Shown: positions 18,201-26,888, counted from the first letter of the stretch. The stretch is 43,279 nucleotides of DNA from Thermoplasmatales archaeon SW_10_69_26 (GCA_003009755.1 PXUB01000019.1:74827-118105); one strand, 5' to 3'. Numbers and translations are program-made. The notes: a model not told the origin generated them from the letters alone.

Positions 18201-18497
18201 GACCTCGATCGGGAGCCCGTGCATGTCGTAGCCGGGCTGGTCGCGGACGTCGTAGCCCTCCATCCGCCGGAACCGGACCAGCAGGTCCTTCATCACCTTG
18301 TTCCAGGCGGTACCCATGTGGATGTGGCCGCTCGTGTACGGCGGGCCGTCGACGAAGGAGAACGGGGGATCGTCGGCGTGGGCCTGGCGGACGGTCTCGA
18401 TCGCGTCCTCGGCCTCCCACCGCTCGCGGACCTGATCCTCGATGGCGTGGGGATCGTACTCGGAGCGGGCCGGCTGGACGGGTTCACGTTCGCCCAT
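15270..18497 (-). CDS. ileS: Isoleucyl-tRNA synthetase
   Basis: DGPPYTSGHIHMGTAWNK, WTTTPWTLP, HCWRCDTP, DWCISRQRYWG, EGLDQTRGWF, PMSKS; TTTAAA at 18528-18533 upstream. Confidence 0.98.
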   Translation of the reverse strand: MGEREPVQPARSEYDPHAIEDQVRERWEAEDAIETVRQAHADDPPFSFVDGPPYTSGHIHMGTAWNKVMKDLLVRFRRMEGYDVRDQPGYDMHGLPIEVKVEKELGIADKNEIEDYGVGNFVDKCREFSTGFLDTMNDEFAELGVWLDWDDPYRTIDDTYMEGAWWAIKRADEQDLLYRDNRGGLPWCPRCETALAQAEVEYDDRVDPSIYVRLPLVDDDASLLVWTTTPWTLPANNAVAAHPDLTYARVLATSHAGDTEELIIEETCIDVLDQVARDVTVMEHLPGTELEGLAYEHPFADEVPYHRDRRTENEYTLVLGDHVEADRTGLVHTATGHGEEDYEIGKEKDIPPFSPVGADGFYTDQAGELAGLRVRKEAGEDGEPPEDHADTAVIERLTEKGLLFSDALTDHSYGHCWRCDTPILYRTAEQWFLAVTDRKQEMLDEIDRVDWTPEWAGAGRQRDWVENVRDWCISRQRYWGIPIPIWICGTCEHRHVVDSHAELERRSGQDVPDLHRPWVDEVTFGCTADGCEGEMERVVDVLDVWFDSAVASWASLEYPRSDEQLDDWFPCDLIIEGLDQTRGWFYSQLAAGTVAMGQVPYEEVVMHGFVHDDEGRPMSKSLGNIIAPEDVIEAYGVDPTRLSLLEPSAPWNDLKYGEETAEEAQRTLNILWNVHRFATQYMAMDDVVAQSPGWDADPPEDALDRWILSRLTATVEQASDELHAHEYHEAARTITTFVLEDLSRWYVRLTRDRAWEDGEAQTRLYDVLGVALADVARLLAPYTPHVADQIWRDLYPEADTVHADAWPEPDETLRDTELEEDMQLVRDIVEATSKAREQEKLSLRWPVPRVVLAGPKPVERACETLEDVLADQCNAKRVEYAGPTWEELHLVAEPVRSVVGPEFREDAPAVKKAISEADAQALKKRVDAGETVEIDGFEIPPEAVSFTTEVPEGILGADFEEGSVFVDAHLEPEHEQEGLSQEILRRIQEMRKRQDLEMEAVVDCTIGLDPQATVARAWEGELEDLESYLREAIEEEARVNLSFSFEGVSDSATEWEITNKASGDEETIRIVLHGD

Positions 18498-18622
18498 CGG
18501 TTTCGCCCTCGGGAAGCGAGCCCCGTCTTTAAACCGTTCCGTTCGGCCGGAGGGCGTGCGACGTTCGACGACCGGTCATCCCAAGAAATTAGGGATGCAG
18601 GCAGATGGCTGCCTGCGGTATC

Positions 18623-19201
18623 ATGTCGCAAATCAAGAACGTCACACGGTTCGCCGCCGCGATCGCGCTGCTCGTCGGGTTCGCCGTCGTCGCCCCGTCG
18701 GTCAGCGCCGCCGAAGAGGACACGGAGACGCCGAGCGCCGAGACCACGCAGACGATCCCGCCCTGCGCGACCTTCAACCCCGAGTACAACGTCGGCCCCG
18801 CCACGGCGGGCATCGACGAGTTCTGCAGCCCCTACGCCTCCGTCGATCTGGATCTCGACCCCGACGAGGACCCGACCGAGAAGTGCTCGGTCACCACCAG
18901 CGAGGACAAGCCGTTCGTCCTCGTCAGGTGCCAGCTCTCGACCACCTCCGAGCCGCATTGCTACCACATCTACTGGAAGACGGAGGTCGGCCCGGTCACG
19001 TGGGAGCAGCGGTCGAGCTGCGATGGCGATATCACGGTCGACAAGGACTGGCGGCCCGACACGGACCCCAGCACGACGTCCACCTGCCTGCAGATCTACT
19101 ACAAGATCGAGATCGGTCCCGTCGTCTACGAGCGTAGCGGCTGCGACAGCCAGCTCTACGTCGACGAGAACTGGCAGCCCTCCGACGAGATCCCCCAGTA
19201 G
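18623..19201 (+). CDS. Secreted Cys-paired repeat protein (192 aa)
   Basis: Signal peptide ending VSA; three C...[VI]GP...C...VD units. Confidence 0.8.
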   Translation: MSQIKNVTRFAAAIALLVGFAVVAPSVSAAEEDTETPSAETTQTIPPCATFNPEYNVGPATAGIDEFCSPYASVDLDLDPDEDPTEKCSVTTSEDKPFVLVRCQLSTTSEPHCYHIYWKTEVGPVTWEQRSSCDGDITVDKDWRPDTDPSTTSTCLQIYYKIEIGPVVYERSGCDSQLYVDENWQPSDEIPQ

Positions 19202-19218
19202 GGCTCCCCCCTCCGACC

Positions 19219-19275
19219 GTAGCCTACGCCAAGGCTGCCGCTGGGCGTCTCCCCGTCTTTCCCTTTTCCCCTCTC
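19219..19275 (+). terminator. Hairpin plus pyrimidine tract, probable terminator
   Basis: GTAGCCT/AGGCTGC stem followed by TCTTTCCCTTTTCCCCTCTC. Confidence 0.4.
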
Positions 19276-19360
19276 GGACCCGACGAGCCGAGGCTCGCGC
19301 CCGGGACGTTTCGAGGCTTCCGCCTCAACGCTCAAGACCCCAAAGGCCACCTATTCCCCC

Positions 19361-20143
19361 GTGGACGAGGACCTCCCCTGGGTGACCGTCGCCGCGGTCG
19401 CCGCGGTCGCCTACGTCGCCTGGCAGGTCACTGGCTTCGTGCCGACCGAAGCCTCGCTGTCGCCGTACTGGTTCTCGGCCGAGGCGATGGAGGCCGGCGA
19501 GTGGCATCGGCTGATCACCAGCGTGTTCGTCCACGGCGGCCTGCTGCACCTGGCGTTCAACGTCTTCGCGATCGTGTCCTTGGCCGGCCTCGAGAAGCAG
19601 CTGGGCTCGCCGGCCTACGCGGTGGTGTTCCTGGCGGCGGGCATCGGCGGCAACCTCGCCCACGTCATGGTCAGCCCGACGCCCGTCGTGGGCGCCTCGG
19701 GCGCCATCTTCGGGCTGCTGGGCGTCCTGTTGGCGATCGCTCCCGGCACGCGGTTGGCCCTGATGGGCATCATCCCCGTGCCGGCGGCCATCATGTTGCC
19801 CGGGTACGCGGCCGTCGTGTTGCTCGTGCCGGGCCTCGAGCAACTGGCGCCCGTCGCCCACTTCGCCCACCTGGGCGGGTTGCTCGTCGGGTTGGCCGCC
19901 GGCGCCAGCTTGGCACCGACGAAGGCGCTGGGCAACCTCGCCTACGCCGCCGTCGCCTTCCTCGGCATCGGATCGCTCGTCGTCAACGTCCAAGCCGTCG
20001 GCCTGGGCCGCTTGGTCGAGGCCGCCAGCAGCCGAGGCCTGGGCGGGCTGTTGACGCTGGCGTGGCCCTCGCTGGTCGGGCTCGGGCTCGTCGGCCTCGT
20101 GCTGAACGGGTTGCCGGACGGTCAGCGCTCGCCGGCCGCCTAG
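19361..20143 (+). CDS. Rhomboid intramembrane serine protease
   Basis: WHRLITSVFVHGGLLHLAFN, GASG, AHLGG. Confidence 0.92.
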   Translation: MDEDLPWVTVAAVAAVAYVAWQVTGFVPTEASLSPYWFSAEAMEAGEWHRLITSVFVHGGLLHLAFNVFAIVSLAGLEKQLGSPAYAVVFLAAGIGGNLAHVMVSPTPVVGASGAIFGLLGVLLAIAPGTRLALMGIIPVPAAIMLPGYAAVVLLVPGLEQLAPVAHFAHLGGLLVGLAAGASLAPTKALGNLAYAAVAFLGIGSLVVNVQAVGLGRLVEAASSRGLGGLLTLAWPSLVGLGLVGLVLNGLPDGQRSPAA

Positions 20144-20283
20144 CCCCTGGCCGCCGATCCCCGCACCAGCGTCTGCGCCGCCAGGTTCGCCGTCGCCGAG
20201 CCCAGCTCGTCGGTGGTGGTCTCGACGACGTCGAACCCGCCCGACGGGCCGGACCGGGAACGGCTCTGGTGGCTCGCGGGCAC
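20140..20283 (-). pseudogene. Possible agmatinase/arginase-family C-terminal fragment
   Basis: GFDVVETTTDELGSATANLAAQTL resembles the ureohydrolase tail G.DvvE......Ta.LAA; short match only. Confidence 0.35.
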
Positions 20284-20318
20284 CAAGGCTTTCCCCGGAA
20301 GCCGACGTGGGGCCGGTG

Positions 20319-21119
20319 ATGGAGCCCGCCGGTCGCTGGCAACTGGACCGCCCCGACGGGGCCGAGCTGTCGATCCACGAGCTCGGCAGCGGCCCGCCCG
20401 TCGTGCTCGTCCACGGCACGGCCTGCGATCACCGGGTGTGGGCGCGCGTGGCCCGCCGCCTGGCGCCGAGGTTCACGCTGCACATGCCCGACCGACGAGG
20501 GCGGGGCGACGGAAGCGAGGCCGAGGAGTGGAGCCTGGAGACCGACGCGCGCGACGTGGCCGCCATCGCCGACGAGGTGGGCGAAGACGTGCCCGTCGTC
20601 GGTCACTCGATGGGGGCGATCGTCGCGATCGAGGCTGCCCGTCACGGCGATCGGGTGGGTCCGGTCGTGGCCTACGAGCCGCCGGTGCACGGGGGCCAGG
20701 GGCCGCCGGTGGCCGCCGCCGACGAGCTGGCCGCCATCCTCGAGGAGGAGGGCCCCGACGCGGCGGTCGAGGCGTTCCTGCGCCAGGTCGGCTACGGTGA
20801 CGAGCAGCTCGGTCAGCTGCGCCAGCACGAGCAGCTGTGGGCGGCGACCGTGGCGACGGCGCCGACGCTGCCGCGCGAGGTGCGGGCCGACCTCGCCTAC
20901 GCGATCGACGACGAGCGGCTGGCCAGCATCGGGTCGACGGTGCTCTTGCTCGAGGGCGAGCAAAGCCCCTCGGACTTCGACGAGGGGCTGGATCGCCTGG
21001 CGAGGGCGCTGCCCGACGTCGAACGCCGCGTGATCGACGACGCCACGCACGCGATCCTCTACGAGGCGCCTGGAGCCTTCGCGGACGCGATCGAGGCCTT
21101 CCTCGCCGAGCAAGGCTAG
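20319..21119 (+). CDS. Alpha/beta hydrolase
   Basis: VVLVHG, DRRGRGD, GHSMG nucleophile elbow, C-terminal His. Confidence 0.9.
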   Translation: MEPAGRWQLDRPDGAELSIHELGSGPPVVLVHGTACDHRVWARVARRLAPRFTLHMPDRRGRGDGSEAEEWSLETDARDVAAIADEVGEDVPVVGHSMGAIVAIEAARHGDRVGPVVAYEPPVHGGQGPPVAAADELAAILEEEGPDAAVEAFLRQVGYGDEQLGQLRQHEQLWAATVATAPTLPREVRADLAYAIDDERLASIGSTVLLLEGEQSPSDFDEGLDRLARALPDVERRVIDDATHAILYEAPGAFADAIEAFLAEQG

Positions 21120-21180
21120 GGCCCGACATGTTCGCGCTCTGGGGGGCTTTTCGGCTTCCTGAGCGTTGGCTGGGCCGCCG

Positions 21181-23532
21181 ATGGCCTCCTCGTCCGCGTC
21201 CGGGAGCCTTGGTCCTCCGACGATCGCGGCGCTGGTTCTCGCCCTGGCCGGGACGGTCGTCTTGGCGGGCGCAGCCGGGGCCTACCACCTCAGCGCCGGC
21301 GTCAGCGACACCGCCGCCACCGGCCCCGAGGAGACGCCCACCGACCCCAGCGTCGACCGCGAAACGTACGAGCGCGGGCTGGCTCGGGACTGCTACGAGC
21401 CCGCCGAGGACGGGCTGGCACGGGCGGCCGAGGCGGACGGGTTCTGCGGGCGCCTGGTCTACCATCCCGGCACCGTCTTCGAGCAGGCCAGCCCGCCCGA
21501 CCAGGATCTCGTCACCGCCGAGATCGGGGGCTTCGACGTCGTGTACGCCAACTACGTCGGGACCTACGGTGTCGGCACCTGCAGCCCGTGGTGCTTCCCG
21601 GGCGGCGAGAGCCTCTACCGGGCCGGGCACGACGCCGGCGCCCAGCTGGGCCTGACCCCGACCGGCGAGGAGGCCTACCGGGACGACCAGGGTTGGCAGA
21701 CCTACGGCGGCGACCTGGCCCACCCGAACGCCGCCCGGATCGCCCAGGCCTCCACGGGCGCCTGGGCGGCCAACGGATGGGCTCAACCGATGCCCGACCA
21801 GAGCTTCGTCGGGTTCGTGGAGGACACGGAAGGTGACCCGATCGACGAGGTGCGTCTGGCGGCGCTCGCCAGCGACCACGAGAGCTTGCCCTCGCGGGCG
21901 GTCCCGGCCGTGTGCGGGTTCACCCCGGACGCGGACCTCGCCGACAGCGGTCCATCCCAGGCCTGCGAGGTCACCCTCCACTGGCGGGGCACCGGCTCGC
22001 AAGACGCCGCATGCCGGTCGCCGACCTACACCTGCGGGGCCCTGACGCCGGCGTGGCACGGCCAGGTCGCCTGCTGGCCCGTCCACGGGTGCCAGGGCAC
22101 CGCTCTGGGGGAGCCGGCGGAGCCCTCGCTGGACCTGGGGCCCTCGTCCAGCGCCGCCGACTACGACGTCTGGCACTGGGTGCTTGCCCCCGCCCCCAGC
22201 GCCTGCGGCGGCGCCCAAGAGCCCGGCTTCGCCACCTCGCCCGACGCCGACCTCCCCTACCTCGCCCACGATCTCGACGTCTACAGCCCAGCCACGACCG
22301 CGGCCGGGATCGATCGAGGCCAGCCGCTGGCCGAGGCCGCCCAGACCGCGGTCGGTCACCGGCTCGGCCAGGCCCCGTCACCGCCCGAGCCCGCGAGAGA
22401 GCCCGAGCCGGCTGCTGCCGAGCTCGTCGCCAAGGACGACCGCGTCGAGCCCAACGCCCCCGGCGACTCGAGCCAGTCCACGATCGACGTCGACCGCGAC
22501 CCGCTCGCGAACGAGTGCACCCTCGTCCGCGAGGACGCCGAGCAGGCGGCCTCCGTGGATCCCTGGGTGGACCTGATCGACGCCCAGGTGTACCGGAACC
22601 TCTGGCTGGACAGCATCCTGGGCGTCGACCCCTGGCTGGAGGGCCTGGACCGAGCCAGCTACCAGCAGGCCCCCGTCGCTGGGGCCTTCGGAGACGCCAA
22701 CGACGCCTACCTGCAGGACGAGGACCACCAAGACGCGAGCAACCGGCCCGGGCCCTGGATGTACTCGGCCGGCGGCCAGGTGGGCGTGTTCACGGATCTC
22801 GACGACGACGGCCGCTACGACCAGGCCGCCAACGGTCGCCTGTTCGAGGCGATCGGGGACGTGGGCGCCTATCCGCTGTTCTGGGACATGCGCGTCACCG
22901 AGGACGGGGCGATCGACGGGGACGCCGGATGCACGCTCGCCGGCGAGCGGCTGACCCAAGCGATGGCCGAGGCCGGCTACGGCCCCCGGACGGGCCTGAT
23001 CACGGCGGTGCACAAGACCGAGCCCACCGTGCTGTACGACTGGCGGACCTCGCAGGCGTTCCCCCAGCTCGAGGCGGGACAGACCTACGTGTTGCTCAGC
23101 CAGGCGCTGGCCGCCCAGCGCGAGGATCCCACCGTCCGCCAGGCGATCGCAGCCACGCTGGACAAGCTGCCGGCCGAGGTGGCCCTCGACGACGACCGCG
23201 TCGTGTTCCCCGGGGAGTGGACCACGCCGGCCAGCGACTTCTACGAGCAGTGCGGCTACCCGACCGGCGGTTTCCACACGTCCTGGAGCTTCACCCACGA
23301 GGCCCGAGCGCTGGCCGGCGACACGATCGTCACCGCCTACGTCCTCGACAACGCCGCCGCGGACGGCGTGCTCGGCGGCGACGGGCTCGTCCCGGCGTTC
23401 ACGCCGCAGGGTGAGGCCTACGCGTTCGAACACGGCCTCTCGCAGTGGTTCGACGTCGACCCCATCGACGGGGACCCCGACCGGAACACGGAGACCTGCA
23501 GCGCCCCACCACACGAGGGGGATCGATGTTGA
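21181..23532 (+). CDS. Large secreted Cys-rich acidic protein (783 aa)
   Basis: Signal IAALVLALAGTVVLAGAAGA; many Cys; DLDDDGRYD Ca-loop-like motif. Confidence 0.8.
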   Translation: MASSSASGSLGPPTIAALVLALAGTVVLAGAAGAYHLSAGVSDTAATGPEETPTDPSVDRETYERGLARDCYEPAEDGLARAAEADGFCGRLVYHPGTVFEQASPPDQDLVTAEIGGFDVVYANYVGTYGVGTCSPWCFPGGESLYRAGHDAGAQLGLTPTGEEAYRDDQGWQTYGGDLAHPNAARIAQASTGAWAANGWAQPMPDQSFVGFVEDTEGDPIDEVRLAALASDHESLPSRAVPAVCGFTPDADLADSGPSQACEVTLHWRGTGSQDAACRSPTYTCGALTPAWHGQVACWPVHGCQGTALGEPAEPSLDLGPSSSAADYDVWHWVLAPAPSACGGAQEPGFATSPDADLPYLAHDLDVYSPATTAAGIDRGQPLAEAAQTAVGHRLGQAPSPPEPAREPEPAAAELVAKDDRVEPNAPGDSSQSTIDVDRDPLANECTLVREDAEQAASVDPWVDLIDAQVYRNLWLDSILGVDPWLEGLDRASYQQAPVAGAFGDANDAYLQDEDHQDASNRPGPWMYSAGGQVGVFTDLDDDGRYDQAANGRLFEAIGDVGAYPLFWDMRVTEDGAIDGDAGCTLAGERLTQAMAEAGYGPRTGLITAVHKTEPTVLYDWRTSQAFPQLEAGQTYVLLSQALAAQREDPTVRQAIAATLDKLPAEVALDDDRVVFPGEWTTPASDFYEQCGYPTGGFHTSWSFTHEARALAGDTIVTAYVLDNAAADGVLGGDGLVPAFTPQGEAYAFEHGLSQWFDVDPIDGDPDRNTETCSAPPHEGDRC

Positions 23533-23619
23533 GGGAAGAGAGCTCCGCGGACACCCTCTGCAGCGCTCGCATCCTCCGGGGTGGGAAACCTACTTGACGG
23601 CCATCGACCTTGGCGGCTT

Positions 23620-24582
23620 GTGGCCCTCGAAGAGGTCTGGCTCGAGAAGTACCGACCCGACACGCTTGACGAGGTGCTGGGACAAGACCACGTGATCGAC
23701 CGGCTGCAAGGCTACGTCGACGCCGGTCAGCTCCCGCACCTGCTGTTCGCGGGCCCAGCCGGTGTAGGCAAGACCACGTGCGCGATCGCGCTCGCCAAGC
23801 AGCTGTTCGGTGACGACTGGGAGAACAACTTCCAGGAGCTCAACGCCAGCGACGAGCGCGGCATCAACACCGTCCGCACGAAGATCAAGGACTTCGCCCG
23901 CACCGCGCCGCTGGGCGAGGCCGACTTCAAAGTCATCTTCCTCGACGAGGCCGACAACCTGACCTCGGACGCGCAGGCCGCGCTGCGCCGCACGATGGAG
24001 CAGTACGCCCAGACGTGCCGGTTCATCCTGTCCTGCAACTACTCCTCGCGCATCATCGACCCGATCCAGAGCCGCTGCACCATCTTCCGCTTCCGCCCGA
24101 TCCCCGAGGAGGGGATCCGATCGATGGTCGAACGGGTCGCCAAGCGAGAGGGCCTCTCGATCGACGAGGAGGCGATGGAGGCCGTCGAGTACATCGCCGA
24201 CGGCGACATGCGCGGCGCCGTCAACACGGTCCAGATGGCAGCCAGCGTCTCCACGGATATCGACAGCGACGTGATCTACGAGGCTGCCACGGCCGCTCGC
24301 CCGGAGGAGGTCGAGGACATGGTCGGGCTCGCGCTCGAGGCCGAGTACCTCGACGCCCGCGACAAGCTCGACACGCTGCTCGTCGACCAGGGCCTCTCGG
24401 GCGAGGACGTCGTCAAGCAGGTCCACAAGACGCTCGTCGACGCCCCCGTCGACGACGAGCTCAAGGTGCGGCTGATCGACCGGTTGGGCGACACCGAGTA
24501 CCGGCTCGTCATGGGCGCCAACGAGCGCGTCCAGCTGGAAGCGATGCTGGCCCACTTCGGCATCGCCGACGACGAGGCCTGA
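23620..24582 (+). CDS. rfcS: Replication factor C small subunit (no intein)
   Basis: WLEKYRP, GPAGVGKTT, ELNASDERG, LDEAD, AQAALRRTME, IQSRC. Confidence 0.97.
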   Translation: MALEEVWLEKYRPDTLDEVLGQDHVIDRLQGYVDAGQLPHLLFAGPAGVGKTTCAIALAKQLFGDDWENNFQELNASDERGINTVRTKIKDFARTAPLGEADFKVIFLDEADNLTSDAQAALRRTMEQYAQTCRFILSCNYSSRIIDPIQSRCTIFRFRPIPEEGIRSMVERVAKREGLSIDEEAMEAVEYIADGDMRGAVNTVQMAASVSTDIDSDVIYEAATAARPEEVEDMVGLALEAEYLDARDKLDTLLVDQGLSGEDVVKQVHKTLVDAPVDDELKVRLIDRLGDTEYRLVMGANERVQLEAMLAHFGIADDEA

Positions 24583-24588
24583 CCCGCG

Positions 24589-24921
24589 TCAGCGACCGTT
24601 CGGCCCGCCCGCAGGCTCGCAAGCGGGCTGCGGGAACCAGAACGTCGAGCCCTCGCCGTCCTCGGCCTCGTCGATCGCAGCGGCCAGCCCCTTGCGGCGC
24701 TCATCCAAGACGTCGGCGGCATCGACCGGTTGACGGTCGGCCTCGGTCCCGCCAGCCCGAGCATAGCAGAGGGCGTTGCCAACGAGGGAGTTCATCCGCT
24801 CGGCGCCGGACGGGGCGTCCTCGAGCAGCTCGCGCCGCTCGTCAGCGAGCTCGTCGCCGAGGTCGAGGCTTAGCAGGTCGAGGTTGCTGACGTCCTCCGT
24901 GATGGATGCGCGGAGGTCGGA
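24589..24921 (-). pseudogene. Internally deleted sensor histidine kinase remnant
   Basis: SDLRASIT..NLDLL (decayed H-box), GAERMNSLVGNALCYAR, QPVD, then directly GEGSTFWF (G2 box); N/G1/F boxes and a start codon are missing. Confidence 0.65.
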
Positions 24922-25015
24922 CCCGAGGCGGGGATGCGGGGTCGAGTGCGAACGCGCCCGACCCCGGAACAGGAGGGGGGATGCACCTCGGGAGGGGGGT
25001 CGAACAAGGTTATCG

Positions 25016-25273
25016 TCACTGGATGCAGTCGGCCGGATCGAGCACGGCGGTGAGACCGCTGGAGCCGGATGGCGAACCGAAGGACACCGGACCAGACTCG
25101 GGAAGGTCGGCGCCGCCGGTGGTGTACTCGAACGTTCCACAGCGGGAGCACTCGTAGGACTCGCGGGCTCGCCCGTTGGACCAAGCGTGCACGCGCTTGA
25201 CTTCGGCTCCGCACCCGGGGCAGGAGCCTTCCGTGTTCGTCATGCCGCCGCGGATCGTCTGTTGGTACGCCAT
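25016..25273 (-). CDS. Small CPxCG zinc-ribbon protein (85 aa)
   Basis: CPGCG...YECSRCG; CTTCTTAC TATA-like sequence upstream. Confidence 0.65.
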   Translation of the reverse strand: MAYQQTIRGGMTNTEGSCPGCGAEVKRVHAWSNGRARESYECSRCGTFEYTTGGADLPESGPVSFGSPSGSSGLTAVLDPADCIQ

Positions 25274-25418
25274 CGCTTACTCACCAACACCTGGGACCCC
25301 CCGACACGTAAGAAGCTCTCAGGCTAGGTCGTCGAAAGTACTCGGTGGCCCCCCTTGGAGCGGGTCAACCTACCCACGCTCGCGTCCCGCCCAGGGCGTC
25401 CGGGAGAGTCCGCCACCA

Positions 25419-25702
25419 AGGCCGCCGCGTTCCCGTATCAAGGGGTGAGCCTACGTCTAGCCTCGGCGGCCTGCGGCGATCGACGCACCGATGGTCGAGT
25501 ACGGGAACGGGACCGCGCTGAGCCATCGTTTCGTTCGCTCTCGTGACGACCGCGCAATCCTCGCCGGTCGTCACTCCAAGCGTCGAGCCCGCACGGTTGA
25601 CACCGGGCTAGCGACGCTCGAGATTCGAACGAGCCGCTCCACGGTTGGGCCGGCTCGTTCTCTTGCGTGACGACCGCGTGATGTATGTCGGTCGTCACGC
25701 AA
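25419..25702 (-). ncRNA. Multi-hairpin structured element downstream of cdc6
   Basis: Stems 25543-25574, 25579-25618, 25627-25660, 25663-25702 and crossing pairs 25419-27/25464-72 and 25428-37/25500-09. Confidence 0.45.
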
Positions 25703-26888
25703 TCTCGCCGGCTTCGAGGCGCTCGCCGAGGTGCTCCTCGATCTGGTGGGCCGGGGCATCGGGCAGGCTCATCAGCGTCGTCGTGCCGACGACGCCCTCG
25801 CCGGAGCGCTTGGCCTCGATCAGGCCCAGCGCGTCGAGATCCTGGATGTAGGTCCAGAACTGCGTGTGGCCGCGCGGCTCGGCGTCGAACTCCTCGCAGG
25901 CGGCCTCGTAGGCGGACTTGACGTCGCCGGTCTTGGCGTAGGCGCCGCCGCGGTCGAGCACGCGAGCCACGCCCAGCAGCGTGAGGGCGTGTTGCTCGTC
26001 GAGCTCCTCCAGGCGTTCGTCGAGGATGACAGGGTGGATGTGGGCCTTGGCGGCGCGCACGTGCTCGGGAACGACCTGGTCCTCGCTGCGCTCGTCGGCG
26101 GCTTGCCCGGCCTCGTGCAGCAGCTCGATCGCGAACCGGGCGTCACCGTCCTCGCTGGCCAGGTCGGCCACCAGATCCACGACGCCGTCCTGCACCGTGT
26201 TGGGGTGGAAGGCCAGGTCGACACGTTGCTCGGCGATCGAGCCCAGCTCCTCGGCCCCGTAGGCGTCCAGCTGCAGCGTGTTCGTCTGCTTGAACGTGGA
26301 CTTGGTGCCCTCGTCCATCAGCAGACGCACGTTCTCCTGGCTGACGAGGATCACCGAGACGCCGAACTCGCCGCCGCCGGTCTCCTCGTTGAACCGCGTG
26401 AGGTGATAGACGAGGTCCGCATCGTCGCGCTTGATCAACACGTCGACCTCGTCGAGCACGACGATCAGGTGCGAGCGGTTGCGCTTGAGCTGCTTGGCGA
26501 GCTGCTCGAGCATCTCGGTCGTCGAGAACCCGCGATCGGGGAAGCCCGGATCGAACTCGTTGACGATCTGCAGCAGCGCCGAGGAGGTCGTCGACCGGCG
26601 CCGACAGTTGACGTGCACCGTCTCGAGGTTGATCTCTCGGCTGTCGGCCGCGCGCTCGAACTCGCGACAGAAGCGCTTGCTGAGCGCCGTCTTGCCGGAC
26701 CCGACGGGCCCACGGACGAGCATCGACTGCTGGGTGCCCTCCTCGAACACCGACCGCATCTGGCGGGTCATCTCCCGCATCTCGTCCTCGCGGTGCGGGA
26801 GCTCGTCGGGGACGTAATCGAACCCCAGCTTGCTCTCGTCCTTGAACACGGACGGGCCACGGAGGGTCTCCTCGATCACGTCCCGCAT
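25695..26888 (-). CDS. cdc6: Orc1/Cdc6 replication initiator
   Basis: YVPDELPHRE, GPVGSGKT, VHVNCR, VLDEVD, GDARFAIELL, C-terminal winged helix. Confidence 0.96.
   Translation of the reverse strand: MRDVIEETLRGPSVFKDESKLGFDYVPDELPHREDEMREMTRQMRSVFEEGTQQSMLVRGPVGSGKTALSKRFCREFERAADSREINLETVHVNCRRRSTTSSALLQIVNEFDPGFPDRGFSTTEMLEQLAKQLKRNRSHLIVVLDEVDVLIKRDDADLVYHLTRFNEETGGGEFGVSVILVSQENVRLLMDEGTKSTFKQTNTLQLDAYGAEELGSIAEQRVDLAFHPNTVQDGVVDLVADLASEDGDARFAIELLHEAGQAADERSEDQVVPEHVRAAKAHIHPVILDERLEELDEQHALTLLGVARVLDRGGAYAKTGDVKSAYEAACEEFDAEPRGHTQFWTYIQDLDALGLIEAKRSGEGVVGTTTLMSLPDAPAHQIEEHLGERLEAGEIA

Noticed and set aside
16640-18325. IleRS HMGT and PMSKS motif variants as a novelty
   Set aside because: Within ordinary variation for archaeal IleRS as far as I know.
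25543-25702. CRISPR array
   Set aside because: Only two copies of short arms, irregular spacing, and no cas genes.
23620-26888. Inteins in rfcS or cdc6
   Set aside because: Normal lengths and contiguous Walker motifs.
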